10,930 nt of DNA from Candidatus Iainarchaeum sp. Its GTDB lineage: Archaea > Iainarchaeota > Iainarchaeia > Iainarchaeales > JAGVWC01. Under the pieces are notes generated by a model, which saw only the letters and a list, made by a program, of their open reading frames with translations, was not told the DNA's origin and searched no databases. Made by a program: the position numbers and the translations under genes. Numbering within the stretch: position 1 is the first letter of the stretch; each line of letters starts with the position of its first letter. Positions 1-7,651 of this stretch are shown piece by piece. The stretch is taken from contig JAGVWC010000002.1 in assembly GCA_018304465.1 (NCBI GenBank), positions 1 through 10,930 of the forward strand. Reading direction: 5' to 3'.

Positions 1-1658
1 TTTTCGCCCGTAATCGGAATTTCCTTGACATTGTTTTGCAGTTTTCGGCCCAAGCTTCCTTCGCCCTGGTAACCGACGAAAATCAAGGTGTTGCGCGGAT
101 CTTCCGCCATTTTGTGGAAATACGCCAAGGACGCTCCGCCGGTCAGCATTCCGCTGGACGCCAACACGATGGCACCGCCTTCTTTTAGAATTTCGTCGCG
201 CTGGCCCGGCAACACGACTTTGAATAATTCCGACGTAAATGGAGAATCGTTTTGCAACACGCGGTTTTGCACGCCTTTTCGCAAATATTCCGGATACGCA
301 GTGTGAATCGCGCTGGATTCTTTGGTCATTCCGTCGACATACACTTTGGCGCCTTCCAGTTCTCCGCGGCGATACGCTTCTTCCAACACCAGCATGATTT
401 CCTGGGATCTTCCAACGGCAAACACGGGAATCAAGACGTTTCCGGCTTGACGAATCGTTTCGTTGATCACTTTCACGGTTTCCTGTTCCGAAACCATGCG
501 ATCCGGTTGAATGTCGTCTTTGGAACCATACGTGGCTTCAACAATCAATGTTTCCAAACGCGGATACTTCAAATCGATATTGTTGAACAATCGGCTGAAC
601 CCGTACTTGATGTCGGCTGAATACACCAGATTATGCTGGCCTTCGCCGATATGCAAGTGAACCGACGCGGATCCGAGGATGTGCGCGGCGTTATGAAACG
701 TCATGCGCACGTCGGGCGCGATGTCGGTGACTTCGCGGTACTCACGCGTGATCACATGTTTTAGGCATTCTTTCACGTCTTTTTCCGAATACAAGGATTT
801 TTTTCCTTCTTTAACCGCAATGTCGATATAATCGAGTTGCAACAACGTCATCAAGTCGCGCGTGGGCTTGGTACAGTACACCGGTCCCTGATAATTCATC
901 TTGAACAAATACGGCAAAAAACCCGCGTGGTCCATGTGTGCATGCGAAATAATCACGGCGTCAAGTTCGGAGAGCGGAAAATTCAAAGAATCCAGATACG
1001 GAAACGGCTTGTCGCTTACCGCGATGTCAAGTCCCACATCCATGATGATTTTGGTGTGCGGGGTTTCAAGTAAAATACAGCTTCGACCGACTTCCTGAAA
1101 GCCGCCAAGCGCGGTCAAACGAATCCAAAAATCCGAGGTTTGTTCCTTGTCGCGGTAAATCCTGTGCGCGGTTTCAGCGAGAAATTTTTTCCGCTCAGAA
1201 CTATACTTACTGACGTGATGGCGGATTCCGGTAAGGATTTCGCTTGGAGACGTCGGAGCCCGGATAATGTTCGGAGTCCAGCCTGTGTCCAAAATAATGC
1301 GTTTGGAGGTTTCGCCGCCTTTTCCGATCACAAGACCGGGTTTGATCGATTCAATCACGACTTCCGAAAACGCCGGGTTGAACCAAATATTCCGGATGTC
1401 GGCTTCGGTCGGAACGATTTTTGAAATCAGTTCGCGCGCTTCGGTTTCGTCTTTTAAAAGCGATTTGTCCGTTCGGATATTCACGCGTTTTTTGAGTTCG
1501 TACGCAAGCTTGGCCACGTAATTTTCGTTTTCGAAAAACGCTTTCGGGTTTTTCGTGTAAATCGCGACTTCGGGTCCTTCCATTTCAATTTTGGATACCT
1601 GGGTTTCAGGCGGCAAAAGCGTGTTAATGACCGAGTCGATTTCTTTCAGAATCTGCAT
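1..1658 (-). CDS. fttA: aCPSF1/FttA: KH-domain metallo-beta-lactamase/beta-CASP ribonuclease and transcription termination factor (3' end runs off the window)
   Basis: Manual translation from ATG at 1658 gives MQILKEIDSVINTLLPPETQVSKIEMEGPEVAIYTKNP. It contains the KH GxxG loop KPGLVIGKGG, MBL motifs LTALGGFQEVGRSC, IISHAHMDHAG and HNAAHILGSA, and the beta-CASP motif IFVGYQGEGSLGRKLQ. SD-like AAAGGA lies upstream. It is missing from the ORF track, presumably because its stop lies outside the window. Confidence 0.96.
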   Translation of the reverse strand, partial: MQILKEIDSVINTLLPPETQVSKIEMEGPEVAIYTKNPKAFFENENYVAKLAYELKKRVNIRTDKSLLKDETEARELISKIVPTEADIRNIWFNPAFSEVVIESIKPGLVIGKGGETSKRIILDTGWTPNIIRAPTSPSEILTGIRHHVSKYSSERKKFLAETAHRIYRDKEQTSDFWIRLTALGGFQEVGRSCILLETPHTKIIMDVGLDIAVSDKPFPYLDSLNFPLSELDAVIISHAHMDHAGFLPYLFKMNYQGPVYCTKPTRDLMTLLQLDYIDIAVKEGKKSLYSEKDVKECLKHVITREYREVTDIAPDVRMTFHNAAHILGSASVHLHIGEGQHNLVYSADIKYGFSRLFNNIDLKYPRLETLIVEATYGSKDDIQPDRMVSEQETVKVINETIRQAGNVLIPVFAVGRSQEIMLVLEEAYRRGELEGAKVYVDGMTKESSAIHTAYPEYLRKGVQNRVLQNDSPFTSELFKVVLPGQRDEILKEGGAIVLASSGMLTGGASLAYFHKMAEDPRNTLIFVGYQGEGSLGRKLQNNVKEIPITGE

Positions 1659-1744
1659 GAGTAGTCCTTTCTTTGTTGTTAATGTAGATGTGAATAAAAA
1701 TTCAGGTTTCTTTTCCAATCGAAAAGAACAATGTTTTTTTTGGT

Positions 1745-2374
1745 TTAGTTTCCTTCTTTGGAAATCTTTTCAACGGTTTTTTCGTCCAGTTCACGGATGC
1801 CTTTTTGGTCGATGACCATCACGTTCACGGAGCGACCGCCTGAAAAAATATCCCGGCGTTTTCCGGCGCTGATTGCGCGGATCGCGAGTTTGATTCCTTC
1901 TTTTTCCGACATGTTTTCGGAGTAACCCAAATCAAGCGCGGTCATCGCGGGTTCGGTTCCCGATCCCGAAACGGCAAACTTGTCGCGCTTTAGAATCGCG
2001 CCAAATGGCGTTACTTCGTAGAGTTCGGGCTGACCGGTGAATCCGCCGACCACAAACTGGACTTCGAACGGGTAATACCGGTTACCGGACAAAATATTGG
2101 CCATCAGCGTCACCAACGCTTTGGTGCTGATACGAATTTCGCGTTCAATCTCGTACATTTTGGCCTGGCTTTTCAAGTAACGCACGATCGTCATCGTGTC
2201 TCCCACGCTGCCGGCGTTCGTGACTCCGATAAAATCCGTGATCTTGGACAACTTGTTTGTTTCGTCGTCGTACGCGATGTGGCCCAGCGATACGCGCTGA
2301 TCCGTCGCCAAAATTACGGCTTCGGGCGTTAATACACCGACGGTGGTGGTCCCGGTCTTTAAGTCTAAAACCAA
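1745..2374 (-). CDS. psmB: 20S proteasome beta subunit (Ntn threonine protease)
   Basis: An 8-residue propeptide MVLDLKTG precedes TTTVG. Thr1, Asp17 and Lys33 are at canonical spacing, and SGSG and RRDIFSGG motifs are present. The TTG start has AGGTG (2380-2384) 5 nt upstream. Adjacency to aCPSF1 is a known conserved archaeal arrangement. Confidence 0.97.
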   Translation of the reverse strand: MVLDLKTGTTTVGVLTPEAVILATDQRVSLGHIAYDDETNKLSKITDFIGVTNAGSVGDTMTIVRYLKSQAKMYEIEREIRISTKALVTLMANILSGNRYYPFEVQFVVGGFTGQPELYEVTPFGAILKRDKFAVSGSGTEPAMTALDLGYSENMSEKEGIKLAIRAISAGKRRDIFSGGRSVNVMVIDQKGIRELDEKTVEKISKEGN

Positions 2375-2442
2375 TCCAACACCTGTAACCTAAAACAATA
2401 GTCGATAAATCAATTGTTCCACAAACGCTTTTTAAATCCCAT

Positions 2443-3231
2443 CTAAGCGGGTTTTTTGCGTCCATACACCCGCGGTTTTGCCGGGGCTTTTTCTTCGGTG
2501 ACCGCGTCGTTTTTCGTTTCCACAGCCGCGACTTTTTCCGTTTTGGCGGCGGTTTCTTTCTCTTGAGGTTTGGTGAACTTGACTTCTTTTACTCCCGTTA
2601 AATGCTCTTTGAGCACTTTGGTATACACCTGTTTTAAAATATCCAATTCGCGTACTTGCGCAGCGGACTCGGGAAGCGTGATTTCGATTTCGCCGTTTTT
2701 CTCTGAAACCTTTTTGTCTTTTTCCGCGACAAACGGAAAAAATTTGTCAAACAACGCATTGGCTTGTTCTTGCAAAGAATCGAATTTTTTCCGAATCGAT
2801 ACCTCGTATTCGAGTTCTTTTCCCGCCAACGGGTGATTAAAATCAATCCGCACGCGTCCGCCCGACACGCTTTGCACTTTGCCTTGCGCGCCGTTCACTT
2901 CGACGATCATTCCCGGATACGGCGCCAATTGGTGTTCGCGAAAATCCTTTAGCGACGCCAAACGAATGTTTCGCGCGTCGCGGTCGCCGAACCCTTTTTT
3001 GGGTGGCAACACGATTTTTTTGGTTTCTCCCACATTCATTTTTTCCAATTCGTCTTCCAGACTATTGAGCATTTCGTGGCGACCCAAAATAATCGGAACG
3101 GGTTTGTAAATGATTCGGGCATCAAACAGATTGGATTCCTTGGCTTTGGCTTCCACCGTGGTGTCGAATACGCGGTTTGAGATTAAGTCTTTACCCGTGT
3201 AATCGACTAAGATAACATCGCCTTTTTGCAT
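2443..3231 (-). CDS. slyD: Long-type archaeal FKBP peptidyl-prolyl cis-trans isomerase (SlyD-like, with IF domain and C-terminal domain)
   Basis: Motifs GDVILVDYTG, VFDTT, LPPKKGFGDRD and GRVRIDFNHPLAGKELEYEV. It has a C-terminal extension and a low-complexity K/E/A tail. Confidence 0.93.
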   Translation of the reverse strand: MQKGDVILVDYTGKDLISNRVFDTTVEAKAKESNLFDARIIYKPVPIILGRHEMLNSLEDELEKMNVGETKKIVLPPKKGFGDRDARNIRLASLKDFREHQLAPYPGMIVEVNGAQGKVQSVSGGRVRIDFNHPLAGKELEYEVSIRKKFDSLQEQANALFDKFFPFVAEKDKKVSEKNGEIEITLPESAAQVRELDILKQVYTKVLKEHLTGVKEVKFTKPQEKETAAKTEKVAAVETKNDAVTEEKAPAKPRVYGRKKPA

Positions 3232-3281
3232 GAAAAAAACCTATAAGAAACGAGAAAAAACGCGTATTTGGCTGAATACAC

Positions 3282-3295
3282 ACTTTTTAAACAAA
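3282..3295. promoter_or_regulatory. Putative archaeal TATA box in the divergent slyD / 3409-gene intergenic region
   Basis: ACTTTTTAAACAAA contains TTTAAA, readable on both strands, in an AT-rich divergent spacer. A similar CTTTTTAAA at 2428-2436 lies upstream of psmB. Confidence 0.45.
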
Positions 3296-3408
3296 AATAT
3301 TTTAATACCATGGGTGGGGTTTTTTGGCCGATTCCTTTGCTTTTGCCAAGCTATTTATTCTTTTCCGCGGTCAAGTAGGTAAACAAGCGTTTTTTGGAGA
3401 AAAAATCC

Positions 3409-4818
3409 ATGAATTTACAGTTTTCCCAGACCCAGTTATTTGCCATTTTCATTGTTTTGATTATGATGGCGTCAACAGTTTCGATCGCCTTGTTAAGCCA
3501 AGACCCAAATCCCCAACCCAATCCCAATCAACCGGACCAGCCGCTAAATCCCGGAAACCAAACGACCTTGCCGTATTCGGTCACGGTCAACGCCAGCGTA
3601 GTCCAACAACTCCCGCGCGTCATCCTCTTTGCCACTACCGACGAATCCGACATTCAAGTCATTGACACCCGACTGGTTTCGATTCCAGGAATTCGCCTGG
3701 ACAGTTTCAACAGTTATTTTCGAAACGATCCATCGACCGGCGGCCTGATTTATGTCGCCGAAGTATCGTTTGACCCCAACCAGACCAACACCCAAAAACT
3801 GATTTCCGACGCCGGAAACATCAACGTGTTCACCCAGCAACCCTTTGGCTTTGCCCAAGCCCTTGTTTCGGTTCCAAAAAACGTAACGTTTCACAACACC
3901 GATTTTGACGTAAATCACGCGTACACGTTTTTGGATCCATTGGTTCCCTCGTACGTTTCTCCCGAGACCCGGCCAAAAGACCAAATCCAGGTTCAACTGG
4001 ACGCGAAATTCACGGGCAACACGATTTCCGAACTGATCGCAAGCGAAGTATCCAATCCCCTAAATGATCCCAAGCAACGCTCGGCCACGCGTCTCTTGAC
4101 ACTGGATGAACTCAAACCCCTGCTCGTGTTTGGCGCCGACACCAATTACTCCGCGTCATTGGATGTCAACACGCTGTTACCGCGACTCGAACAACTGCCG
4201 GACGTCAACCAAGCCCAAGTCACGTATTCCCTGGTCGCCCCCGCCACGGTCCAGTTTTTTTTCCAGGACCAAAACACTCGCGATGACATCAACCAGTTTT
4301 TTTCCGATTACAACCGGATTTCGTCTTTCCAATTGCAGTCTTCCGCCACGGGTTTTGACATCGTGCTTGCGCTTCAAAACCCAACCGAATTCGAGTCCGT
4401 CAAAACCGATGTGACCGCCAAGCTTTCCGCCAAAGGAATGACGCCAAATCAAAGCTTTCGATTCGTTTCGCCGGTATACCGATTGCGCGGACAACTTGAA
4501 ACCACCAAAACCGATTTGAACGCGACCGCGACCCAACTGCGATCGCTACTGAATTTAGGCGACGGTTTGGAAGTGTACCAACTTGGCACGAGCAACACGA
4601 CCTATATTCAGGAAAGCATGCTCGACGAAAACTCGCAAAAATACTTTTTCGACCAGAACACGATGCCGATTCAGGTGTTGCCCGGAAAAACAGTCGGACA
4701 ACCCGTCGTGATCAAGATCGACTTCGTGACTGTCCGAGACAAAATCGTTCAATTGTTTAACGCAAGCGAAGTCAAAGGAATGGAAGGACAGCCCCTTCCA
4801 CTCGGAACCACGATCTGA
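3409..4818 (+). CDS. Hypothetical membrane-anchored or secreted protein with two homologous modules
   Basis: ATG 3409 is preceded by GGAGA (3396-3400). There is an N-terminal hydrophobic helix (LFAIFIVLIMMASTVSIALL), a Pro/Asn/Gln linker, several N-x-S/T sequons and an internal duplication, each copy ending in ASEV. Confidence 0.85.
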   Translation: MNLQFSQTQLFAIFIVLIMMASTVSIALLSQDPNPQPNPNQPDQPLNPGNQTTLPYSVTVNASVVQQLPRVILFATTDESDIQVIDTRLVSIPGIRLDSFNSYFRNDPSTGGLIYVAEVSFDPNQTNTQKLISDAGNINVFTQQPFGFAQALVSVPKNVTFHNTDFDVNHAYTFLDPLVPSYVSPETRPKDQIQVQLDAKFTGNTISELIASEVSNPLNDPKQRSATRLLTLDELKPLLVFGADTNYSASLDVNTLLPRLEQLPDVNQAQVTYSLVAPATVQFFFQDQNTRDDINQFFSDYNRISSFQLQSSATGFDIVLALQNPTEFESVKTDVTAKLSAKGMTPNQSFRFVSPVYRLRGQLETTKTDLNATATQLRSLLNLGDGLEVYQLGTSNTTYIQESMLDENSQKYFFDQNTMPIQVLPGKTVGQPVVIKIDFVTVRDKIVQLFNASEVKGMEGQPLPLGTTI

Positions 4819-4826
4819 ACAAACAC

Positions 4827-5165
4827 TTAGTCGCTTTTCAGTTTCAGGATCGCTTCGGCGATATCTCCGTCGGTTTCAACCAACGCTTTCTTTGCCTCGG
4901 CTTTCGTTTTTCCCGTTTGCTCGGCCACCATGGCCACGTCGTCCTCTGGAATCCCCGCTTTTTCCTTGCGCTCGGTTCCCATGACGCTGTAAATTTTCTG
5001 TCCCTGCATATCCATGGCCGTCACAGACGGATTATCAATGATGATGCGTTCGTCTTCCAGTTCGAACACCACGCGGCGGGCTTTGATTTCCTCGCTTTTG
5101 ATTCCGAATTGTTTTAGCATACTCTGCATTTGTTTGGGGTTCATACGACCCATTCCCGGAAACAT
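4827..5165 (-). CDS. nac: Nascent polypeptide-associated complex protein (archaeal NAC)
   Basis: MNPKQMQSMLKQFGI N-terminus, NAC domain (IIIDNPSVTAMDMQGQKIYSV) and C-terminal UBA (EDDVAMVAEQTG...GDIAEAILKL). SD GAGGTG at 5173-5178. Confidence 0.96.
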   Translation of the reverse strand: MFPGMGRMNPKQMQSMLKQFGIKSEEIKARRVVFELEDERIIIDNPSVTAMDMQGQKIYSVMGTERKEKAGIPEDDVAMVAEQTGKTKAEAKKALVETDGDIAEAILKLKSD

Positions 5166-5220
5166 CTTTTGGCACCTCTTTTAGTAACACTCTTCAATGC
5201 AAATCGTTTTATTTTTTCCT

Positions 5221-5778
5221 TTACGCTCCGCGAAAACGGCCCAGAACCCAATTCCATCCGAATCGCACCAACAGCTTGAAATCCGTGTACAACGGTTTTT
5301 CTTTCCAGTTCTTGAAATAGACTTCATACGCCTGTTTTAATTCGGTTTCGTTTTTCGGGCGGGTCTTTAATCCATTCACCAGCGAAATCAACGCGGGGCC
5401 CATTGTTTCCAAGTACATCTCCTGAAACCATTTCGGCATGTTTCGAAGGTCACGTTCCGTTAAGAGCCGCGGACCAAACAAACGCACTTTTTTCGTCCAC
5501 AACAATTTCAACTGGGGCAATTCGTCGATCCAAAACCGGCGAAGAAAACGCTTGGACGGCACCACGCGCCAATCGTTTTGACGCGGATCTTTTTTCCCGT
5601 CCCGGTACAATTCCGCTTTAACCGTCCGAGGCGGTCTAATGTTTCCCGGCTCGTCCGCGTCCATCCGCATGGTTCGAAGCTTCATGGTTTCAAGCCGCTC
5701 ACCGGTTTTTCCGATTCGCGTCTGACGAAAAAAAGAATTCCACGCCGCGCGTTTTCGACGGGGCTTTGGCAGGGTCAT
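5221..5778 (-). CDS. Phosphoglycosyl transferase-like protein (bacterial sugar transferase, PglC/WbaP catalytic core), 185 aa
   Basis: Motifs FRQTRIGKTG, KLRTM, DPR, FLRRFWIDELPQL and FGPR. ATG 5778 overlaps the HAD stop (ATGA), which favours this start over the 5973 start in the track. Confidence 0.8.
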   Translation of the reverse strand: MTLPKPRRKRAAWNSFFRQTRIGKTGERLETMKLRTMRMDADEPGNIRPPRTVKAELYRDGKKDPRQNDWRVVPSKRFLRRFWIDELPQLKLLWTKKVRLFGPRLLTERDLRNMPKWFQEMYLETMGPALISLVNGLKTRPKNETELKQAYEVYFKNWKEKPLYTDFKLLVRFGWNWVLGRFRGA

Positions 5779-6506
5779 TTTGACTGCTCTCCGACCCGCG
5801 CGGCTAACATTGCTTCGATTTTTGCAGAAATTTTCGTCAAATCCTCGAACGCCGAAATCATAAAATCGGCTTTGCTTTGCGGAAAATCCTCCGAAGAAAT
5901 CCAAACCGAGACGATTCCGGCGTAATGTGCTCCGATCACGTCGTCTTCGTACGAATCCCCTACCATCGCGCATTGCGTTGCGGAAAACCCGAAACGCTGC
6001 AAGGCATGTTCAAAAAAAGCCGCGTCGGGTTTTAGCAGGCGGGTTTCGCTTGAATACAACTCAAATTCGAAGAACTCTTCCGGTTGCACGCCCAGTAGTT
6101 GCCAGTCGTTTTTCGTCCATTGCCCGATGCCGTTCGAAAGCACGGCGAGGCGAAAAACGGTTTTTAATGAACGCAAGGTTTCGCGAAAACCAACGGGCTT
6201 TGTTATGTAGCGGTTTCGGGTGGCGTGATGCCGTTTCAAAAAATCCATCAACTCTTTTTCGGTCAAACTGATTCCAAGCAAACCGAACATCATCACGGCC
6301 CATTCCACATCGCCAGGAATCAAGCCGGACTGATATAATCCGTAACACTGGCCGTACACGCTTTGCATCTCATCAAACGAAACCGACTCGCATTTGGGGG
6401 TCTCGAGCATCACATCGTACAAGGTCGCCCACATCTTGTTAAAATCAAAGCACTGCAGCGTCTGCGTCAAATCCAACAACAAACCAAACTCGGGCGCCAT
6501 TCTCAT
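5775..6506 (-). CDS. HAD-superfamily hydrolase, subfamily IA-like
   Basis: Motif I LLLDLTQTL, motif II AVLSNG, motif III LLKPD and motif IV MVGDSYEDDVIGA. An in-frame stop just upstream limits the start to 6506 or 6500. Confidence 0.9.
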   Translation of the reverse strand: MRMAPEFGLLLDLTQTLQCFDFNKMWATLYDVMLETPKCESVSFDEMQSVYGQCYGLYQSGLIPGDVEWAVMMFGLLGISLTEKELMDFLKRHHATRNRYITKPVGFRETLRSLKTVFRLAVLSNGIGQWTKNDWQLLGVQPEEFFEFELYSSETRLLKPDAAFFEHALQRFGFSATQCAMVGDSYEDDVIGAHYAGIVSVWISSEDFPQSKADFMISAFEDLTKISAKIEAMLAARVGEQSK

Positions 6507-6647
6507 TTTCTGAACCGATCGATTTTAGAACCTGTTTTCTTCCGAACGCGGTTATACGCTGTGGGCGAATGCGAATCCCGTGACGACTCCGATTTCAAGT
6601 GAAATCATGTGTGATGGGAGAAAGCATTTTTGATATTTACTGTTTTC

Positions 6648-6656
6648 TGATTCGAA
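6648..6656 (+). repeat. Target-site duplication, left copy (TGATTCGAA)
   Basis: Identical to 7678-7686 and directly abuts the left TIR. Confidence 0.8.
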
Positions 6657-6704
6657 GGCTTTGTTTAAAAAGTTAGACTTTGATTACGATTTTGCTGTTT
6701 TCTT

Positions 6705-6723
6705 GGGCTTTTGTTAAAAAAGT
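6705..6723 (+). repeat. Inner (subterminal) inverted repeat, left copy
   Basis: GGGCTTTTGTTAAAAAAGT is a variant of the TIR in the same orientation as the left TIR. Confidence 0.7.
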
Positions 6724-6922
6724 CTTTTCCAAACCCAATTCGTAATAGGCGGTAATCAAACAAGCCTATGCGCGATCGCAACTAAAGTTCGATCATTATA
6801 TCCAAAAATACCAACGAGACGATGCCCCAATTGAAGCACAAAATATATTGCCAATCTTGTATTGGGACAAGATGATCCAAACAAAAATAAGCAACGGAAA
6901 ATAACGGCATAACTCTAAGCGC

Positions 6923-6950
6923 CTGTACCCGGGAGAATTTTCTCGGGCAG
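6923..6950. terminator. GC-rich hairpin, possible terminator downstream of the cargo gene
   Basis: CTG-ta-CCCGGGAGA-at-TTTCTCGGG-CAG pairs with G.U wobbles. On the minus strand a T5 tract follows the cargo stop codon immediately. Confidence 0.4.
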
Positions 6951-6960
6951 ATTGGAAAAA

Positions 6961-7578
6961 CTATATGTCGGTGGAACGGCGATCAATTTTCTGGCGCCTT
7001 TGTTTCGGGCCGCTCAAAGGGTAATCCATGTTCCGACTACTATCATATTCGATGGTAGACACTTGACTCAATCGTTTTGGGTTGGAAAAAAGCCAAGATA
7101 TTGGTACTTTTCGGTCAACAGTGTTAGCCTTATTTTTGGCATAAAATTGAATGTGGCTTCCTTCAAGGGGATAAGAATACAGATAGGCCTTCGTACCGTC
7201 TTTAAAATTTATAGTGTGAGTTCCCCGTATTTTTGTAAAATCTATTTTGGAGAACTCGGCGGGTACCACAGAAAACTGTATACGAGGGGTACCACTTTTT
7301 GTACCGATTTGTTGCTTTCGCCTTTCGTCCCCAACTCTACGCTCGTTAACGCCAAGTCTTCGATCAGCCGCTCCGATTCGTCTGTCTTGGTCGCTTCGTG
7401 TGTCCGTGGTAAGCTGATAAATTCTTTGCTTAACCGAACTGGGGTTTCGAAAATGAAATTGCACAAGATGGGTTCCTTTGGGGTTCTCGCCTGGTTCGTC
7501 CCCCACGTGCCCAAGATATACCACTCGTTTATTTCTTCTGTCCGCAAATCTTCGATTTCCGGGTCTTTTAGCAGGCAT
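6961..7578 (-). CDS. Hypothetical basic protein with tandem (D/E)RR repeats; passenger gene of the element (205 aa)
   Basis: ATG 7578 has SD GAGGT (7587-7591) 8 nt upstream. The protein begins MPAKRPGNRRFADRR, contains DRRIGAA-DRRLGVN-ERRVGD-ERRKQ and ends GPKQRRQKIDRRSTDI. Confidence 0.75.
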   Translation of the reverse strand: MPAKRPGNRRFADRRNKRVVYLGHVGDEPGENPKGTHLVQFHFRNPSSVKQRIYQLTTDTRSDQDRRIGAADRRLGVNERRVGDERRKQQIGTKSGTPRIQFSVVPAEFSKIDFTKIRGTHTINFKDGTKAYLYSYPLEGSHIQFYAKNKANTVDRKVPISWLFSNPKRLSQVSTIEYDSSRNMDYPLSGPKQRRQKIDRRSTDI

Positions 7579-7632
7579 TGGTTTTAACCTCGAAAAAACA
7601 TACACTCTTGCCAAATAAATACCCTTTGGTTG

Positions 7633-7651
7633 AACTTTTGAACAAAAGCCC
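7633..7651 (-). repeat. Inner (subterminal) inverted repeat, right copy
   Basis: The reverse complement reads GGGCTTTTGTTCAAAAGTT; the first 11 nt are identical to 6705-6715. Confidence 0.7.

Noticed and set aside
88-1815. Several short plus-strand ORFs
   Set aside because: They are antisense shadows of the aCPSF1 and psmB genes.
3500-3560. CCCAAT/CCCCAA-type short repeats
   Set aside because: They simply encode the PNPQPNPNQPDQP linker.
5779-5973. Longer N-terminus of the PGT-like ORF in the track
   Set aside because: It overlaps HAD motif IV and supplies no hydrophobic helix; the ATGA-coupled start at 5778 is more plausible.
6507-6647. Possible ncRNA or 18-aa leader peptide upstream of the HAD gene
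   Set aside because: No recognisable tRNA, SRP or riboswitch structure and no SD for the mini-ORF.
6657-6723. Two direct repeats about 49 nt apart as a mini-CRISPR
   Set aside because: There are only two imperfect 18-19 nt copies and no cas genes; they are better explained as element ends mirrored at 7633-7677.
7242-7547. 101-aa alternate-frame minus ORF inside the cargo gene
   Set aside because: Non-ATG start, no clear SD and no recognisable motif; not a transposase.
6952-7587. 211-aa plus-strand ORF antisense to the cargo gene
   Set aside because: It is in exact codon register with the minus gene, has a TTG start and a shadow-like composition. The minus ORF has ATG plus GAGGT.
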